From Candidatus Latescibacterota bacterium (GTDB taxonomy: Bacteria > Latescibacterota > UBA2968 > GCA-2709665): DNA of 64,000 bases. Position 1 is the first letter of the stretch. Every line of letters begins with the position of its first letter. Shown piece after piece: positions 52,582 through 62,914 of this stretch. The notes below the pieces were generated by a model. That model made no database searches, was not told where the DNA came from, and was given only the letters and a program-made list of their open reading frames with translations. The stretch spans positions 3,616,001 through 3,680,000 of the forward strand of contig OZ244937.1 in assembly GCA_965222075.1 (NCBI GenBank), read 5' to 3'. The position numbers were made by a program, and so were the translations under genes.

Positions 52582-53972
52582 TAATCCTCGGTCTCGTCAC
52601 CTTCCTCCGGCATGAGCACAAACTCGGGGTAGGCCTCGATTCCCAGCTCCCCGACGTCTTGACCCAGCCGCTCGACCTGGACCGACACCCGGACACCCAG
52701 GGTCGCGGCAAGCACACGCCACAGCAGCCACGAGACCGAAAACACAAACACCCCAACCGCCACCACACCCAGCAGTTGCACGCCGAAGCTGCCGCCTGCG
52801 GCAATGCAGACCGCCAGCGTTCCCCAGATGCCGGCGAACAGATGGGCAGGCACCGCCCCGACGACATCGTCGATCTTCAACCTCTCCAGCAATTTGATTC
52901 CTATCGTGCAGAGGGTGGCTCCTACAGCGCCAATGATGACCGCCCAATAGTGGTCGACGATGTCAGGGCCGGCGGTAATGGACACCAGTCCCGCAATGGC
53001 CCCGTTCAGGCTGGCGAACAGATCCACGCGCCCGAGTATGGGTCGGGACAAAACGAGGGCCACCACGACGCCGGCTGCCGCCGCCAGGTTGGTGTTGACC
53101 AGCACATGACTCATGGCCAGCACGTCGACAGCACTCCCCAGTTTCAGCTGCGATCCGCCGTTGAAGCCGAACCAGCCGAACCAGAGGATGAAGACGCCCA
53201 GAGTCACTACCAGGATGTTGGAGGGCGGCGTGGCCTTGATAGTGCCGTCTTTCCGGTATTTTCCGAATCGTGGCCCTACGGCCAGTGCGCCCGCAAGCGC
53301 CGCCCAACCACCGGTGCTATGGACGATGGTCGAGCCGGCAAAATCCTTGAATCCCATTGCACTCAGCCACCCTCCGCCCCAGGTCCAGGCGCCGACGACG
53401 GGGTAGATGACGGCCGTCAGCACCAGCGTGAAGAGAAAGAAGGACCACATCTTAACCCGTTCGGCCAGCGTGCCGGAGACGATGGAGGCGGCGGTTGCCA
53501 CGAAGACCATCTGGAAGAACCAGTCCGACATGGTGGAGTATTTGTTCGCGATCACAGCGGCTTTCGCAGCCTCCTGTCCCGACACGAGGGCGAGATCATG
53601 AGTCGACGGCCCGTAGAGGAACTTGAACGAGCCGATCACGCTTCCCACGTCGGTGTACATCAGGTTATAGCCGATGAAGTAGTAGGCCAGTCCAGCTATG
53701 GAGTAGAGGCCGATGTTCTTCAGGCAGATCATGGAGGCGTTCTTGGTGCGCACCGAACCGGCCTCGAGCATGGTGAACCCGGCACACATCCACATCACCA
53801 TCGCACCCCAGACCAGGAACGAGAAGGTGTTGAAGACAAACATGGTCTCCTCGTCAACCGCCGCCTGTGCGGCGGCCGTCCCGCACAACAGGCAGCCAAG
53901 CACCGCCAGCGTCTTTCCCCCCAGGGCACCGCCAAGGCGTTTATGGACAGGGACTTTCATGGATTCTCTCAT
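52581..53972 (-). CDS. amt: Ammonium transporter
   Basis: AGFTMLEAG, FFQMVF, DFAGSTIVH, WFGWFGFNGGS, DD.VGAVPAH (both pore His present); AAAGGAG SD. Confidence 0.96.
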   Translation of the reverse strand: MRESMKVPVHKRLGGALGGKTLAVLGCLLCGTAAAQAAVDEETMFVFNTFSFLVWGAMVMWMCAGFTMLEAGSVRTKNASMICLKNIGLYSIAGLAYYFIGYNLMYTDVGSVIGSFKFLYGPSTHDLALVSGQEAAKAAVIANKYSTMSDWFFQMVFVATAASIVSGTLAERVKMWSFFLFTLVLTAVIYPVVGAWTWGGGWLSAMGFKDFAGSTIVHSTGGWAALAGALAVGPRFGKYRKDGTIKATPPSNILVVTLGVFILWFGWFGFNGGSQLKLGSAVDVLAMSHVLVNTNLAAAAGVVVALVLSRPILGRVDLFASLNGAIAGLVSITAGPDIVDHYWAVIIGAVGATLCTIGIKLLERLKIDDVVGAVPAHLFAGIWGTLAVCIAAGGSFGVQLLGVVAVGVFVFSVSWLLWRVLAATLGVRVSVQVERLGQDVGELGIEAYPEFVLMPEEGDETED

Positions 53973-54046
53973 ATCGTCTCCTTTCGTTGTTGAGCCATAC
54001 CGGCGAGATGCGTGGTCTATCTTACCAGAATAAAGGTCCCATCTGC

Positions 54047-55480
54047 TCAGTCTCCCAACACCCACAGGTCTTTGCCGCCTCCACCCTGACTGGAGTTCAC
54101 CACCAGGCTGCCCCGACGCAGGGCGACACGGCAGAAAGCGCCAGGCACGATACGTGTCTCGTGGCCATGGAGCACGAATGGACGCAGGTCAACGTGGCGC
54201 GGCTCGACTCGGCCATCGATCAGACAGGGCGCGCGGGAGAGCGCCAGGACGGGCTGCGAGATGAAGTCAGCCGGGTCGGCGCACACCTGCCTGACGTAAG
54301 TCTCACGCTCCTCGGGCGTGGCATGGGGACCCACCAGCATGCCGTACCCCCCGGACTCGCCAACACGCTTTACCACCAGGTTCTCCAGATTGTCGAGCGT
54401 GTACTCAAGGTCTTCCGGCCGGCGGCACAGGTAGGTCTCCACATTGGCCAGAAGCGGCTCTTCACCCAGGTAGTAGCGGATCATGTCAGGCACGTAGGCA
54501 TAAACGCTCTTGTCGTCAGCAACGCCCGTTCCGGGTGCATTCACCAGGGCAACATGGCCAAGTTTGTAGGCGTGAAGCAACCCGGGGACGCCCAGCAGAG
54601 AGTCCGGGCGGAAGACGAGTGGGTCGAGAAAATCGTCATCCACACGCCGGTAGATCACATCGACACGTCGGAGGCCGGTGGTGGTACGCATGTAAACGAA
54701 ACCGTCGTTGATGAGCAGATCGCGGCCTTCGACAAGCGCCGCCCCGATTTCGTGAGCCAGAAACATGTGCTCGTAGAAGGCCGAGTTGTAGACGCCGGGC
54801 GTCAGCAGCGCGATGCAAGGGTCGAACCGCCCTGCCGGGGCCAACTCTCGCAGGGTCTTGAGCAACATGTGCCCGTAATGTTCCACCTCCTGCACGCGAG
54901 AGCTTCTGTACAGACGGCGTAGACTTGCCTTCACCGCTTTGCGATTGGCGATCATGTACGAAACACCCGAAGGCACCCGCAGGTTGTCCTCAAGCACACG
55001 AAAGCCGTCGTTGGTACGCACCAGGTCGGTACCGCAAATAGAGACCCAGGCACCGTGGGGTGCGGAGAAGCCGCGCATCTCGATACGGTACTGGGGACAG
55101 CCACGCACCATGTCCGCCGGGATGACACCGTCGGCAATGATGCGCGCCTCGTTGTAAATATCCTCCAGGAAGCGGTTCAGGGCGGCAAGGCGTTGGGTCA
55201 GGCCGGTTTCAAGCTGCCGCCACTCGGCACCCGAGAGAATCCGGGGCAGGCAGTCAATGGGGATGATGCGCTCATCGGCCTCTTGGTCGCCGTAAACGGT
55301 AAAGGTGATGCCTTCGTTCGAAAACGAGCGCGTAACGCGTTCCTGGATGCTGCCAAGTTCCTCGGCAGAGAACTGGCTCAGTGTTTCGTAAAGCAGGCGG
55401 CAATGTTGCCTGGGGGTGCCATCCGGCAGGAACATCTCGTCGTAGATGGACGGATCAAGACCGTAGATGTCAAAGTCCAT
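54047..55480 (-). CDS. Circularly permuted type 2 ATP-grasp protein; start uncertain (55480, 55495 or 55564)
   Basis: YDEM, VLEDNLRVPSGVSY, YRRVDDDFLDP, GVADDK, VVNSSQGGGGKD. Confidence 0.95.
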   Translation of the reverse strand: MDFDIYGLDPSIYDEMFLPDGTPRQHCRLLYETLSQFSAEELGSIQERVTRSFSNEGITFTVYGDQEADERIIPIDCLPRILSGAEWRQLETGLTQRLAALNRFLEDIYNEARIIADGVIPADMVRGCPQYRIEMRGFSAPHGAWVSICGTDLVRTNDGFRVLEDNLRVPSGVSYMIANRKAVKASLRRLYRSSRVQEVEHYGHMLLKTLRELAPAGRFDPCIALLTPGVYNSAFYEHMFLAHEIGAALVEGRDLLINDGFVYMRTTTGLRRVDVIYRRVDDDFLDPLVFRPDSLLGVPGLLHAYKLGHVALVNAPGTGVADDKSVYAYVPDMIRYYLGEEPLLANVETYLCRRPEDLEYTLDNLENLVVKRVGESGGYGMLVGPHATPEERETYVRQVCADPADFISQPVLALSRAPCLIDGRVEPRHVDLRPFVLHGHETRIVPGAFCRVALRRGSLVVNSSQGGGGKDLWVLGD

Positions 55481-55564
55481 GGCTATCGATGCCATCTCCG
55501 GCCCACATTCGTCGAAGGCCACGCGAATGCGGTTACAGACGTCGTCCGGGATCTCCTCCGACAA

Positions 55565-57766
55565 TCAGAGCGCCTCATTATCGGTTCTTTCCTCCACCAT
55601 TGTCGGGGGCGCCGCCAGGGGTAATTCCACAACCATCTCGGTAAATTCGCCGGATTCGGTCGCGACCCGGATGGTTCCTCCGTGCTCCCGAACAATATCG
55701 TTGGACAGGGCAAGGCCAAGCCCGGTACCCTTGTCGGTCGGCTTGGTCGTGAAGAAGGGGTTGAAGATCTTATCGACGACATCGGGTGGAATTCCGCTCC
55801 CGTTGTCCCTGATGTAAATCTCGACGCCTTCCGGTCCGCGCCGGGTCCTTAGCCACAACGTTGGGGTGTAGGGCGCTTCGTCAGTCTCTGCTGGCGCACT
55901 TGTGCGTCGTTTCTCATCGGTCGCATGGCAGGCGTTGCTCACCATGTTGAGAAAGACGCGGCCCATGTCCTGCGAAACGACTTCGATCTGGCCCGTCTGC
56001 GGGTCCAGATCCTGCTTGATGTCAAGTTGGAAATCCGAATCGGCCGCCCTTGCGCTGTGGTAGGCGAGCCGGGCGTGTTCGTCAAGCAGGTTGTTGATGT
56101 CGGTGGGTTGCCGTCCGGCCGAGCCTCGGCCCATCGAAAGCATGTCGTGAACGATCCGGTTGGCGCGTTCGCCGTGTTCACGGATGCGCCCGAGGTTGTC
56201 GGTCAGGTCCTGGCAGATCTCCTGGATGAGCCCGCGCTGGTCTTCGTTCAACGTCCCGCCGCCCTCACTGAGGGTTTCCTGGAGTTCCTCCAGCAGTTCC
56301 TCCAGCAGTTCCTCCGAGACCTCTGAGAAGTTCTTGACAAAGTTCAGTGGGTTTTTGATCTCGTGGGCGACCCCCGCAGTGAGTTCACCGAGCGCCGCCA
56401 GTTTTTCGCGCATCACAATCTGGTCCTGTGCCCGCCGGAGGTCGGCCAACACCTTCTCGAGTTGGTCGTTCTTCTCTCGCAACTCCCCAGCCAGCTTTTC
56501 CACCAGGTTCAGGCGCTGGACCTCCAGGGCGTGGCGACGGAATACCTCCAGGGCCGCTGCCATGTCCGCGACCTCGTCGTTTCCGCCGATCTCGACCCGG
56601 GCCTCCAGGTCGCCATCGGCCATGCCGCGCATCCTGTCCGACAACCTTTCGAGACGGCGCAAAAGCACACGGCCGACGAACAGCCAGGCGATCAGTACCG
56701 CTCCGGTGATGCTGACCACGTTCAGCCCGAGCAAGACGTTGCGTCCGGTCCGGATCGCCCTCATGGATGCGTGGGTGGCTTCCTGTGTGCGCTCACGCGC
56801 CGCGCTGACCAAACCTTCAACCTCAGCGACGAGATCGATGGCGAGGTCTCGATTGCGCGCGATCAGGTTCCGCTGGCGCTCGACGAGCTCGAATTCTCGA
56901 ACGATCAGATCAAAGCCGCCCTGCTGCCCGACACCGAGTTCGAACAGTCGATTGAAGGTCGGAGCGATTTCACCGCGCCAGGGCGCTTTACCCAGAGCCG
57001 ACAAGCTCCGCTCGATACGGCCGGTGGTGGCCTCGAAACGTTCCCGCAGCGGTTCGAGCAAAAGGGCATTCGACAGATTGAATGCACCTGCCAGAAGCTG
57101 CGTTGCGATGGTGGCGTTCGCCTGCAATTCCGCCAGGTGGCGGTATCGGTCGAACTCATCATCCGAGAAATGCCGCTCGCGAGGCATCGGCGGTTGACCC
57201 AATGTCCGATAGCCCGTCATCGCGTAGAAGAGTTGGTCGTCAATAGCCGGAACCAGCGTGCTGGACAGTTTGCCCCCCAATTCCGCCAGTTCCACGCGCA
57301 ACGCTTCGCTACGCGCACTCACCTCGAACAACTCGGCCACCTCACGTTCAATGGCTTCAATATTCGACGTCAGCGCGCCGGCATAGTCGCGGATGCGGCT
57401 GTAGCGTTCCTCATCCTCTTTTTTAACGTCCCGCCGCATCAGGGCCGCCAATTGCGTCTCAAAGGCCTTCCGCTCTTCGGCGATTTCGGCGGTGACGCGG
57501 GCGAAGTCCTCTTCTGTCGCGGCAGCAGTCAGACGCGGGGCGGCAGCAACCAATGTACCGCTCTGCTGCGCAACTCCGAAGGCAGCCGCCATCTCCGGGA
57601 CGCTGCCCTCGTTGACACGGCTTTGTACATCGCCCACGCGATTGAAAGAAGACCAGCCGACCAGACTGGCGCCCATGGTGAGGGCGACGGCGCCTCCGAT
57701 CCCCAGATAGAGTTGCGTGGCGATGCGGAAGCGGCTCTCAAGCAGGCGTTTGAGCGTGCGGATCAC
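55565..57766 (-). CDS. Membrane sensor histidine kinase (helical extracytoplasmic domain, HAMP, HisKA, HATPase)
   Basis: Two TM segments, DEVADMA, AHEIKNPLN, DNGSGIP, PFFTTK, GTGLGL. Confidence 0.93.
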   Translation of the reverse strand: MIRTLKRLLESRFRIATQLYLGIGGAVALTMGASLVGWSSFNRVGDVQSRVNEGSVPEMAAAFGVAQQSGTLVAAAPRLTAAATEEDFARVTAEIAEERKAFETQLAALMRRDVKKEDEERYSRIRDYAGALTSNIEAIEREVAELFEVSARSEALRVELAELGGKLSSTLVPAIDDQLFYAMTGYRTLGQPPMPRERHFSDDEFDRYRHLAELQANATIATQLLAGAFNLSNALLLEPLRERFEATTGRIERSLSALGKAPWRGEIAPTFNRLFELGVGQQGGFDLIVREFELVERQRNLIARNRDLAIDLVAEVEGLVSAARERTQEATHASMRAIRTGRNVLLGLNVVSITGAVLIAWLFVGRVLLRRLERLSDRMRGMADGDLEARVEIGGNDEVADMAAALEVFRRHALEVQRLNLVEKLAGELREKNDQLEKVLADLRRAQDQIVMREKLAALGELTAGVAHEIKNPLNFVKNFSEVSEELLEELLEELQETLSEGGGTLNEDQRGLIQEICQDLTDNLGRIREHGERANRIVHDMLSMGRGSAGRQPTDINNLLDEHARLAYHSARAADSDFQLDIKQDLDPQTGQIEVVSQDMGRVFLNMVSNACHATDEKRRTSAPAETDEAPYTPTLWLRTRRGPEGVEIYIRDNGSGIPPDVVDKIFNPFFTTKPTDKGTGLGLALSNDIVREHGGTIRVATESGEFTEMVVELPLAAPPTMVEERTDNEAL

Positions 57767-58944
57767 GGCTCCATGTCCTGGAGCGTATCGATTGGATAAT
57801 AACGGCCGTCACGACCGATCACGGTCAGGAAGACAGCATCCGAACCCTGATTGTCCAGGTCGCCGTAGCGGAGTTCAAATCCGCCTAAATCGACGACTTC
57901 AGAGCGGCGGAGACTGTTGAGAAAGGAGGCTCGGCTGACCTCCCGGCCGCAGCGTTCCAGGGCGGCAATGGCCAGGCGACCGGCCAGGTAACCTTCGAAG
58001 GAGACGAAACCGGGAACGGCGTCGGAGGCGTAGGCTGCCAGGGCCCGACGGTAGGCGGCAGCGACAGGGAAGGTGTCGTCCGTTGGAAACGGCACCACCT
58101 GGGTGACAAAGACCCCGGCTCCAGCGCCACCAAGTTGTCTGGCCAGTGCGTTGCTGCCCACGAAAGAGATGGTTATAAAGGCGGAGTTCATACCAGTGTG
58201 CCGCGCCCAGGCGATTAACGTCGCAACTGGCTCGTAGGCTCCAATCAGGATCACTGCCTCGGGGTTTCCCCGGCGCAGATCGAGCAGAGCCGTTTTCACG
58301 GCCGTGGTATTGCGCGGATACAACCCGACTGACACCGCCTCCATTCCGCGCCTTTCGAGTGCGCGCCGCGCGCCCCGGTAACCGGCGCGACCGAAGGAAT
58401 CGTCCTGGTACATCACGGCGATGTGCTTTAAACCCAGGTCGCCGGTCAGCCGGGCAACCATCTCCTCCGTCTCCTGATTATAGGAAGCGCGCAGGTTAAT
58501 CACGTTGTTCCACTTTGCTTCGCGCAGGAAAGCAGCGCCGGTAAACGGGGCGATGTAGGGAACGCTCGCATCTGCAGCGACTGGAGTGGCGGAACGCGAC
58601 GTCGGCGTGCCAACGGCGCCGATGAGCGCGAAGACCTCTGCTTCCTTGATCAGGTAGAGGGTGTTGGCAATGGCCGCTTCCGGTTCGTAGGCATCATCAA
58701 GAGACACGAGTTCCAACCGCCGACCGTGGACACCACCGCGCTGATTTGCCTCCTGGAAAGCGGCTTCAATCCCGCGCCTCATGTCGGTGCCGAGCTGCCC
58801 GGCGGGGCCGCTGAAGGCGGCGGACTGGCCGAAGAGAATGCGCCGATCGGAGACGCCTGTTTCCTCCGCGTGGCCTGCCGTAGCTGCCAAGAGCACTGTC
58901 CACGCGACGAACAGCCAGACCGCCTGGTGGGGCGTCCGTCTCAT
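57763..58944 (-). CDS. LivJ/LivK-type substrate-binding protein with no cognate transporter nearby
   Basis: GQSAAFSGPA, GGVHGR...LDDAYEP, VGTPT, RASY. Confidence 0.9.
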   Translation of the reverse strand: MRRTPHQAVWLFVAWTVLLAATAGHAEETGVSDRRILFGQSAAFSGPAGQLGTDMRRGIEAAFQEANQRGGVHGRRLELVSLDDAYEPEAAIANTLYLIKEAEVFALIGAVGTPTSRSATPVAADASVPYIAPFTGAAFLREAKWNNVINLRASYNQETEEMVARLTGDLGLKHIAVMYQDDSFGRAGYRGARRALERRGMEAVSVGLYPRNTTAVKTALLDLRRGNPEAVILIGAYEPVATLIAWARHTGMNSAFITISFVGSNALARQLGGAGAGVFVTQVVPFPTDDTFPVAAAYRRALAAYASDAVPGFVSFEGYLAGRLAIAALERCGREVSRASFLNSLRRSEVVDLGGFELRYGDLDNQGSDAVFLTVIGRDGRYYPIDTLQDMEP

Positions 58945-59360
58945 CTGGTCCTTCGCTTGATCAAGGTCAGGTGGTTCCGGTGCTGCTCTCGCCGATAGTA
59001 CATTTCGTCCATCATCGTAAGCACCAGATGAATGCCGAGTCCGCCCACAGGCCGATCTTCGAGCGCCGCTTCCAGATCGGGCTGTGGCGCGTCCTTCAGG
59101 GGATTGAAGGGCCGGCCGTCGTCCGTGATTTCAATGGTGATGGCGTCCGCCGTCGAGGTCAATGTGATCTCGATCTCTCCAGGATCGCCGTCGAGCCCAT
59201 GTCTGACGATGTTGTTCCCGAACTCCTCGATGGCGAGGTCGACCTGGTGGACAAGGCCGGGGGGCCACTTCTCCTGCTGCCCGAGGTCCTCGGCGGCGAC
59301 GGCGACCCGCCTCAGTTCATCGAGATTGGCTTCAATCCGAAAGGATCTTTTCGCGCTCAC
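58941..59360 (-). CDS. RsbW-like anti-sigma factor/Ser kinase
   Basis: LAIEE..NNIVRHG, DDGRPFNP, RPVGGLGIHLV. Confidence 0.92.
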   Translation of the reverse strand: MSAKRSFRIEANLDELRRVAVAAEDLGQQEKWPPGLVHQVDLAIEEFGNNIVRHGLDGDPGEIEITLTSTADAITIEITDDGRPFNPLKDAPQPDLEAALEDRPVGGLGIHLVLTMMDEMYYRREQHRNHLTLIKRRTR

Positions 59361-60532
59361 GTCTCTGTCCCCTCGTGGCGCAACGCCAGGCAGGTGATAT
59401 CGTCGGACTGCGGGGTATCTCCCACAAAGGCTTTCACGGCCTGAAAGACCGCCAGGTTGGCTTCCCGGGCGTCCCCCTGGGGAGCGGCCACAAAGACTTC
59501 GTGCAGACGCTCGACCCCAAACTCTTCCTGTTTGTCATTCATGGCTTCGGTAACACCGTCCGTATAGAGAACGACGGTGTCGCCAGGTGCGAGGGTCACG
59601 GTGTTGTGCTGGTATTGGATGTCGGGTATCATCCCAAGGGCGATCCCGCCGGTCAGAGGAAGCAGGGTCGAGTTTCCATCAGCGTTGACGATGAGCGGAG
59701 AATTGTGCCCACCATTGGCGTATAAGAACTCTCCACTCGCCGGATCGAACACCGCGTAGAAAACGGTGACGAACATCGCAGCTTCGTTGTTCTCGTAAAG
59801 CAAATGGTTGACCTCGCCCAGTACCTCACCCGGATCGGGGCTGCCGATGGCCGCGCCCCTCAGCAGCGTGCGGCTGGACATCATGAAGAGCGCGGCGGGC
59901 ACACCCTTGTCCGAGACGTCTGCGATTGCCAATCCAATGCGACCGTCCTCAAGAGGGATGATGTCGAAGAAATCGCCGCCCACGTTGCGTGCGGGCTCCA
60001 TGCTGCCAGAAACCTGGTAGGTGGGGCTCTCGGGAAACCGTGTGGGAAGAATCGATTGCTGCATCTTGCTGGCGACATCGAGTTCGTTCTGTATCGCGAT
60101 CAACTGGTCACGCGACTCGAGCGCCTCGCGCCACTCGACCATATGGCGCACGGTCCGGTCGATGGTGACCTGCAGGTCCTTGAAGTCAATCGGCTTGGTG
60201 ACGAAGTCGAACGCGCCCCGGTTCATCGCCGTGCGGATGTTCTTCATGTCGCCATACGCCGAAATGATCACGGAACGGATGTTGGGGTCCACTTTGGGGA
60301 TCTGTTCCAGCAGCGTGAGACCGTCCATCTGAGGCATGTTGATGTCCGAGAGCACCATATCGATGTCCTCGTCTTCGTTCAACCGCTCAAGGGCCTCCAC
60401 ACCGTTGCTGGCAAAGACGAACGCGTAGCGGCCGGCGCGAATGGCGCGCCGCATGCGCTGCAGCATAAGCGGTTCGAGATCAGGCTCGTCATCGACGACC
60501 AGAATTTTGTATGGTTGTTCTATCATTCTCAC
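59357..60532 (-). CDS. Receiver domain plus PP2C phosphatase (RsbU/SpoIIE-like)
   Basis: LVVDDE, SDINMP, VGGDFFD, ADVSDKG, YTDGVTEA, DDIT. Confidence 0.95.
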   Translation of the reverse strand: MRMIEQPYKILVVDDEPDLEPLMLQRMRRAIRAGRYAFVFASNGVEALERLNEDEDIDMVLSDINMPQMDGLTLLEQIPKVDPNIRSVIISAYGDMKNIRTAMNRGAFDFVTKPIDFKDLQVTIDRTVRHMVEWREALESRDQLIAIQNELDVASKMQQSILPTRFPESPTYQVSGSMEPARNVGGDFFDIIPLEDGRIGLAIADVSDKGVPAALFMMSSRTLLRGAAIGSPDPGEVLGEVNHLLYENNEAAMFVTVFYAVFDPASGEFLYANGGHNSPLIVNADGNSTLLPLTGGIALGMIPDIQYQHNTVTLAPGDTVVLYTDGVTEAMNDKQEEFGVERLHEVFVAAPQGDAREANLAVFQAVKAFVGDTPQSDDITCLALRHEGTET

Positions 60533-60595
60533 ACTCCAGCAGATCCAGTTTCTCTTGACGGTTGGAAATGAGGTAACGATTTCCTCACAAACAGG

Positions 60596-62257
60596 TCAAC
60601 GCGGCTGCTCTTCGCCCATCTGCTCCAGCTCTTCGGCGATTTCGTCCATCAGGAGGACCAGGTCCAGGACATCTTGGCTCGTGACCGTACCCAGAAACTC
60701 ATCTGAGTCCCTGTCCAGGACGGGTATCACCGACAGCGAGTGATCCGTCATGCGCTTCAGCACGTCCTGGATCGGCTCTTCAGGCAGGGCGTGCGGCGGG
60801 TCCGGGCGCAGCACGTTGCGAAGGGACGTGTCCGCCCAGGAGTCCCTGGGGACGGACGGTAGCCTGGACAGCGACACGATCCCTGCAACGGCGCCTTCGT
60901 CAACCACCACGTAGTCGTGTTGATTCGGCACGATCCAATCGTCGACAAAACTCCTGAGCGACAGCGTTGACTCGGAATAGGTCCGCGTTCTGTCCAGAAC
61001 GTGATTGGCGGTAATGTCTTCCATCGCGTGGCGGGCGAACGAAGGCGGCACAGCGTCCGGCGGTGTAGGGCGGTGCACCCCCCTGGCTCGCTTGACCGCG
61101 AAACTGATCGCCTGAGGCATCAGCACAATGTAGCCGAACATCACGAGCACGAGCAGTGAGAAGACATCCTGCTCGATCACGTCGGTCTCGAGGAGGACGA
61201 GGAGAAGCGCGATCTCCGCCACGCCTTTCGCCATCAGTCCCGCGGCCTGAGCGTAGGGTTTATCCAGCCGCGCCACATAGGTACCGATGAAGGCGCCGGC
61301 GAACTTGCCCAGCAAAGGGATCGTTACCAGCGCGACAATCGTCGCCATCGGCAAGGTCGTAAAAGATAAGTCCAGGCGCAGACCAGCCGAGGCGAAGAAG
61401 AGTGGGACGAACAGGCCCTCCCCTGCGCTCCGAATACCGGGCATAACATCCCGGTGCACCTGACGGGGCAGCCCCGACAGGGCCGCGCCGAAAAGCAGGG
61501 CCCCGATAGAGCCGTGGAGACCGATTTTCTCGGCCACCACCACCATCAGGAAGAGACAGCCGATCAGCAGCCCGAATGACAGCTCGGGCACGTTCAGGAA
61601 GCGATGCAGGTAGACGATGGTGGGCGGCAGGACCCTGGCCGACAGGATCCACGCAACGACCGCGAAGCCTGCGATTTGCCCCAGCAGAATGAGCACGCCT
61701 GCGACGCTCAGTTCGGGGTGGTGTTGGTGTTCGCCAATGGTGAACCCGACCAAGAGCAAGATGATCAACTCGGAGATGATCACCGTGGTGAAAATCTCAA
61801 GCCCGATCGGTTCCTTGAGATACCCATTGTCGGCGAGTACCTTGGCCACAAGGCCCAGGCTGGACAGCGACAGGATGCCGGCTAAGGGCAGCGCCTCCTT
61901 GAACTGGAGGTTGAGGGCGAAATCAACCTTGAAGAGGTTGGACGTGACGACCAGGGCCGCGAGCAGCGAAATGAGCACTGACACGGTCGCGGCGAAGAAA
62001 AACCGGCCGCGGATTGTTGCCACGAAGCCTGCTATATCGATTTCATCGAGGCCAACCAGGAAGAAGAGGACGAAGACGCCGATGCCCAAGAAGAGCTGGA
62101 GTTTGCTCGTCGGCTCGACTATCCCGGCGATGGGTCCAAGCAGGATGCCAGTCACCGTGTACGCGACGATCGAATTCAAGCCAATCCGGCCAAGAATACC
62201 CTCGGCGAGCTTGGCCACGACAACCAGCAAACCGATGGGCAGTAAGGCTTCGATCAT
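60596..62257 (-). CDS. Cation:proton antiporter (CPA2-like) with a C-terminal CBS pair
   Basis: Multiple TM segments, GILLGP, FVPLFFAS.G, GKFAG; C-terminal CBS-like repeats. Confidence 0.88.
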   Translation of the reverse strand: MIEALLPIGLLVVVAKLAEGILGRIGLNSIVAYTVTGILLGPIAGIVEPTSKLQLFLGIGVFVLFFLVGLDEIDIAGFVATIRGRFFFAATVSVLISLLAALVVTSNLFKVDFALNLQFKEALPLAGILSLSSLGLVAKVLADNGYLKEPIGLEIFTTVIISELIILLLVGFTIGEHQHHPELSVAGVLILLGQIAGFAVVAWILSARVLPPTIVYLHRFLNVPELSFGLLIGCLFLMVVVAEKIGLHGSIGALLFGAALSGLPRQVHRDVMPGIRSAGEGLFVPLFFASAGLRLDLSFTTLPMATIVALVTIPLLGKFAGAFIGTYVARLDKPYAQAAGLMAKGVAEIALLLVLLETDVIEQDVFSLLVLVMFGYIVLMPQAISFAVKRARGVHRPTPPDAVPPSFARHAMEDITANHVLDRTRTYSESTLSLRSFVDDWIVPNQHDYVVVDEGAVAGIVSLSRLPSVPRDSWADTSLRNVLRPDPPHALPEEPIQDVLKRMTDHSLSVIPVLDRDSDEFLGTVTSQDVLDLVLLMDEIAEELEQMGEEQPR

Positions 62258-62463
62258 GGACGGGCTCTCATATCCTCCGGGGATTCAGCAGGAAACCGGA
62301 GATTCCAGGACAAAACGCTGCCACTCACGCCGTTCATTCTATGCTCGATGACTCGAATAATCGCGCGAAACTGGTGTAGCTGCTGTGTCATTTCCACCCT
62401 TGGCACTTCTTCACCAAGTTTACCATAACTGCTTCCGCGAAGCAGTCCCGGACCGACCGCCTC

Positions 62464-62802
62464 CTAGCCGCTGATTGCCGCGAGCGCTTCGGATCGGGAT
62501 ACGTGGACCGGTATGATCTTGTCGAAGCCACTAATCTCAAAGACCTCCCTGATTGGATCTGAGAGCGAGCAGACCACGAATTCCTTGTCCCGTTCCCGAA
62601 GCGTCCTGGCAGTCAGCAGAATGACCCGAAGGCCCGCGCTGCTGATGTAGGAGAGCGCCTCAAAATCCATAATTACGGCACGATCGTCCTCGCCAATTGC
62701 GGCTTCAAGCGCATCCTCAAACTCACGGGCATTGGCACCGTCAACGCGACCCTCTATCTTCACGATCAAGGTTCCGTTTTCCCGCTCGGTGTTAACTTCC
62801 AT
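62464..62802 (-). CDS. STAS-domain anti-anti-sigma factor (RsbV-like)
   Basis: GRVD, YISSAGLRV, VFEISGF. Confidence 0.93.
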   Translation of the reverse strand: MEVNTERENGTLIVKIEGRVDGANAREFEDALEAAIGEDDRAVIMDFEALSYISSAGLRVILLTARTLRERDKEFVVCSLSDPIREVFEISGFDKIIPVHVSRSEALAAISG

Positions 62803-62885
62803 TGACCCATCTCCTTGATGTTGTGACCCAACCTCTAAGTTACGGTGTCCAAGAGTCTACTGGCAGTTGTGCTCTTGAAACCTGC

Positions 62886-62914
62886 TAAATAATAGGATTT
62901 TTGAAATGTGTCAA
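62886..62914 (-). promoter_or_regulatory. Putative sigma70 promoter for the STAS gene
   Basis: TTGACA-17 bp-TATTTA on the minus strand. Confidence 0.5.

Noticed and set aside
55565-55567. Kinase TGA as a second selenocysteine or read-through site fusing kinase and ATP-grasp
   Set aside because: It is not at a conserved Cys position and both proteins are complete on their own.
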